NCBI GenBank assembly: GCA_016188295.1
Contig: JACPIA010000004.1
Span: 42,478-106,477, forward strand
Length of the DNA: 64,000 nt
Direction: 5' to 3'
Source: Candidatus Vogelbacteria bacterium
Lineage (GTDB): Bacteria > Patescibacteriota > Minisyncoccia > Phycocordibacterales > XYD1-FULL-46-19
The notes under the pieces were generated by a model. The model made no database searches, was not told the DNA's origin, and saw nothing but the letters and a program-made list of their open reading frames with translations. Of this stretch, positions 61,868-64,000 are shown piece by piece. The position numbers and the translations under genes are program-made. Numbering within the stretch: position 1 is the stretch's first letter; each line of letters begins with the position of its first letter.

Positions 61868-63601
61868 TTAAACCCGATTTTTAATTTCGGTAGTTAATTT
61901 GGTGAGAAGGTCGGGGAGGGAGAGGACGGCTTTGTCGCCCGAGCGGGACTCGAGAGTGAAGGTGGCGGAATCTTTTTCCTTATCGCCAATGACAATAAAG
62001 TATGGATATTTTTTAGTTTTGACTTCACGAATACGTTTACCTAAAGTGTCATCGGCCGGCAACATCTCTACTCGGACATTTTCCAGTTTTAATTTAGTCG
62101 CCACTTCATCGGCATAACTTTGGTGATTATTCGCCACGGGCAAAACAGCGATTTGTTTAGGTGAGAGCCAGAGGGGGAATTGGCCACCAAGGTGCTCAAT
62201 CAACACTGCTAAAAAGCGCTCAATGGAGCCCATAATCGCAGCGTGGATCATTACAATACGCTCTTTTTTGCCCTCTTCATTAGTACAAGTAAGATCGAAA
62301 CGTTCAGGCATATTCATATCCAATTGAATTGTGGCGACTTGCCAAGTGCGGCCCAAAGAATCTGAACTCATAAAATCGATCTTTGGCCCATAAAAAGCAG
62401 CTTCACCAACAGCTTCTGGCGCGGTAAAACCTTTTTCCGTCACTAATTCTCTTAATTCTTGTTCGGATTGTCGCCAAGTATCGGCACTACCTAAATATGA
62501 CTCCATATTGGTAGGGTCGTGAAGCGAAAGGCGTGGTGATAATTTAAAGCCAAAGACGCCATAAAACTCCATAATAATATCCCAGATTTTAGTCATCTCT
62601 TCTTTCACTTGAGTTTGGCGGCAAAAAACGTGAGCATCGTCTTGGGTGATTGCTCGGACGCGAGTGAGGCCACTAAGTTCACCTGATTGCTCATCACGAT
62701 AAACTTTCGTCGTAGTAGCGTAACGTTGGGGTAATTCTCGATAACTCCAGCCTTTGCGATCATAAATTTGGGTGTGATGTGGACAATTCATCGGTTTGAG
62801 CACAAATAAATGGCCCTCACGAGTATTGATTTTAAATAATTCATCTTTAAATTTATCCCAATGACCACTGGTCTCGTATAATTCTTTTTTAGCGAGGTGG
62901 GGAATATCTACTCGTTCATAATCACGCATTGAACGTAGTGACCAGACAAAACCATCAAGTAAATCACGGAGTAAAGTACCGGTGGGGGTCCAGAGTGGTA
63001 AGCCCCCACCAACCAAGTCGGAGAAGGTAAACAAATCCATCTCTTTACCTAACTTACGGTGATCTCTTTTTTCGGCCTCCTCGCGCATGGTTAAATAATC
63101 AGTCAACTCTTGTTGAGAGTTAAAGGCTAAGCCGTAAATACGGGTAAGCATTTTGTTTTTTTCATCACCGCGCCAATAGGCGCCAGCTAAACGTTCGAGG
63201 CGGAAACTCTCTGGATCAATATTACTTAAATTATCACTATGGCCACCGCGGCATAAATCGGTAAATTCGCCAGAGGTGTATAAAGTAATTTTTTCACCCT
63301 TAGTTTCGATCTCGTCAATTAATTCTAATTTGTAAGGATTGTTGGCAAAAAGTTTTTTAGCTTCGGCGGCATCAACCTCCTGGCCACTAAACGCGGTCCA
63401 ATTTATGAGGAGTTTCCTCATAGTGGTTTCGAGCTTAGCTAAATCCGGCTCTTTTAAATTATCAAAATCATAATAAAAACCATTATCAATCGCTGGACCA
63501 ATCGAGGGTAAAGCCTCCGGGTAGAGCTCTTTTACTGCCGCGGCCAGTAAGTGGGCGAGAGAGTGACGCTGTTTAGTTAGACTGTCGTCCATAAAAACCA
63601 T
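61868..63601 (-). CDS. thrS: threonine--tRNA ligase (N-terminal TGS domain absent)
   Basis: 577 aa; editing-domain HSLAHLL, class II core, anticodon-binding domain. Confidence 0.9.
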   Translation of the reverse strand: MVFMDDSLTKQRHSLAHLLAAAVKELYPEALPSIGPAIDNGFYYDFDNLKEPDLAKLETTMRKLLINWTAFSGQEVDAAEAKKLFANNPYKLELIDEIETKGEKITLYTSGEFTDLCRGGHSDNLSNIDPESFRLERLAGAYWRGDEKNKMLTRIYGLAFNSQQELTDYLTMREEAEKRDHRKLGKEMDLFTFSDLVGGGLPLWTPTGTLLRDLLDGFVWSLRSMRDYERVDIPHLAKKELYETSGHWDKFKDELFKINTREGHLFVLKPMNCPHHTQIYDRKGWSYRELPQRYATTTKVYRDEQSGELSGLTRVRAITQDDAHVFCRQTQVKEEMTKIWDIIMEFYGVFGFKLSPRLSLHDPTNMESYLGSADTWRQSEQELRELVTEKGFTAPEAVGEAAFYGPKIDFMSSDSLGRTWQVATIQLDMNMPERFDLTCTNEEGKKERIVMIHAAIMGSIERFLAVLIEHLGGQFPLWLSPKQIAVLPVANNHQSYADEVATKLKLENVRVEMLPADDTLGKRIREVKTKKYPYFIVIGDKEKDSATFTLESRSGDKAVLSLPDLLTKLTTEIKNRV

Positions 63602-63605
63602 TCTA

Positions 63606-64000
63606 TCAGAGCGCCTTCATTTGGTCGACTACGATCGAGGGCTCGCCATTACGATAAGACAGACGACCTTTAACGGCGACGCATTTTTCCGGCGAACATA
63701 ATTCGCGGTTATCAGCTAGAATTTTACTAAACACTACCAACTCAATACTATCAGTATAATCAGTCAGACGGACAAAAGCCATTTTGTCTCCTTTTTTAGT
63801 TAAAATCTCTTTTACTTCTTCAATTAGACCAGCTATCACTACTATGGCACCATCTTTTTCGGTTTTGGCTTTTTTAATATTATTGTGATTGTCTTTGAAT
63901 TTATCTTTAAAACGATCGAGGGGATGACCACTAATATATAGACCCAACAAATCCTTTTCCCACGCTAAACGATCCACATCACTAACTTCCATGGTGGTTA
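63606..64000 (-). CDS. dnaE: DNA polymerase III alpha subunit, C-terminal OB-fold region only (gene continues beyond window end)
   Basis: LAWEKDLLGLYISGHPL motif characteristic of DnaE C-terminus; frame open to window edge. Confidence 0.6.
   Translation of the reverse strand, partial: TTMEVSDVDRLAWEKDLLGLYISGHPLDRFKDKFKDNHNNIKKAKTEKDGAIVVIAGLIEEVKEILTKKGDKMAFVRLTDYTDSIELVVFSKILADNRELCSPEKCVAVKGRLSYRNGEPSIVVDQMKAL

Overview
The window reads as a low-GC (about 40% by eye), gene-dense, standard-code bacterial chromosome segment; UGA is used as a stop codon. Its gene content fits a Patescibacteria/CPR-type genome: a split transketolase, a very short EF-Ts, an RF2 without the programmed frameshift, many large secreted proteins, and mostly housekeeping genes. 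Recognisable operons include secA-dedA-uppP. There is also a sugar-phosphate cluster (gap, rpiB, rpe, split tkt, pfkB-family kinase, class II fba). There is a 5-tRNA cluster followed by prfB-ftsE-ftsX-pyrG. Downstream come a DEAD-box helicase, typA, a pseudouridine synthase and a tight copper operon (csoR-copA-HMA/DsbD_2 fusion-cupredoxin) behind a promoter-embedded operator palindrome. Then come cspA, two methyltransferases, a UvrD-like helicase fused to a RecB/Cas4-type Fe-S nuclease, an MFS transporter, RNase J, an ABC substrate-binding protein and secG. Near the end of the window are L25, an MltB-like transglycosylase, L31, prfA, rpsB-tsf, pheS, gyrB, thrS and the 3' end of dnaE. The accessory content falls into four groups. 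(1) An ~10 kb co-directional surface-protein locus (6.2-16.4 kb). It holds three tandem tail-fibre-like giant proteins joined by two perfect 253-bp direct repeats that span overlapping stop/start junctions, the last one ending in a phage-type S74 self-cleaving intramolecular chaperone domain. It also holds an 'SFTT'-repeat peptidoglycan-binding membrane protein, a Ca-binding/PKD lipoprotein and a PKD+FN3 protein. (2) A REP-associated tyrosine transposase (IS200-like) flanked by REP palindromes, with one copy inside its own CDS. (3) A tRNA-Thr followed by a 37-nt partial tRNA duplicate and a conspicuously GC-rich (foreign-looking) type-2 pyrF; a second GC-elevated adenylate-kinase-like gene sits elsewhere. 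(4) Two promoter-to-terminator ORF-less transcripts that are candidate ncRNAs, one with SRP-RNA-like motifs. Other oddities are a Lys-rich 22-aa uORF with a terminator ahead of secA, a pseudoknot-like nested inverted-repeat element, a Trp-rich repeat surface protein and a PaaX/Cas2-like wHTH protein. No CRISPR array was seen.
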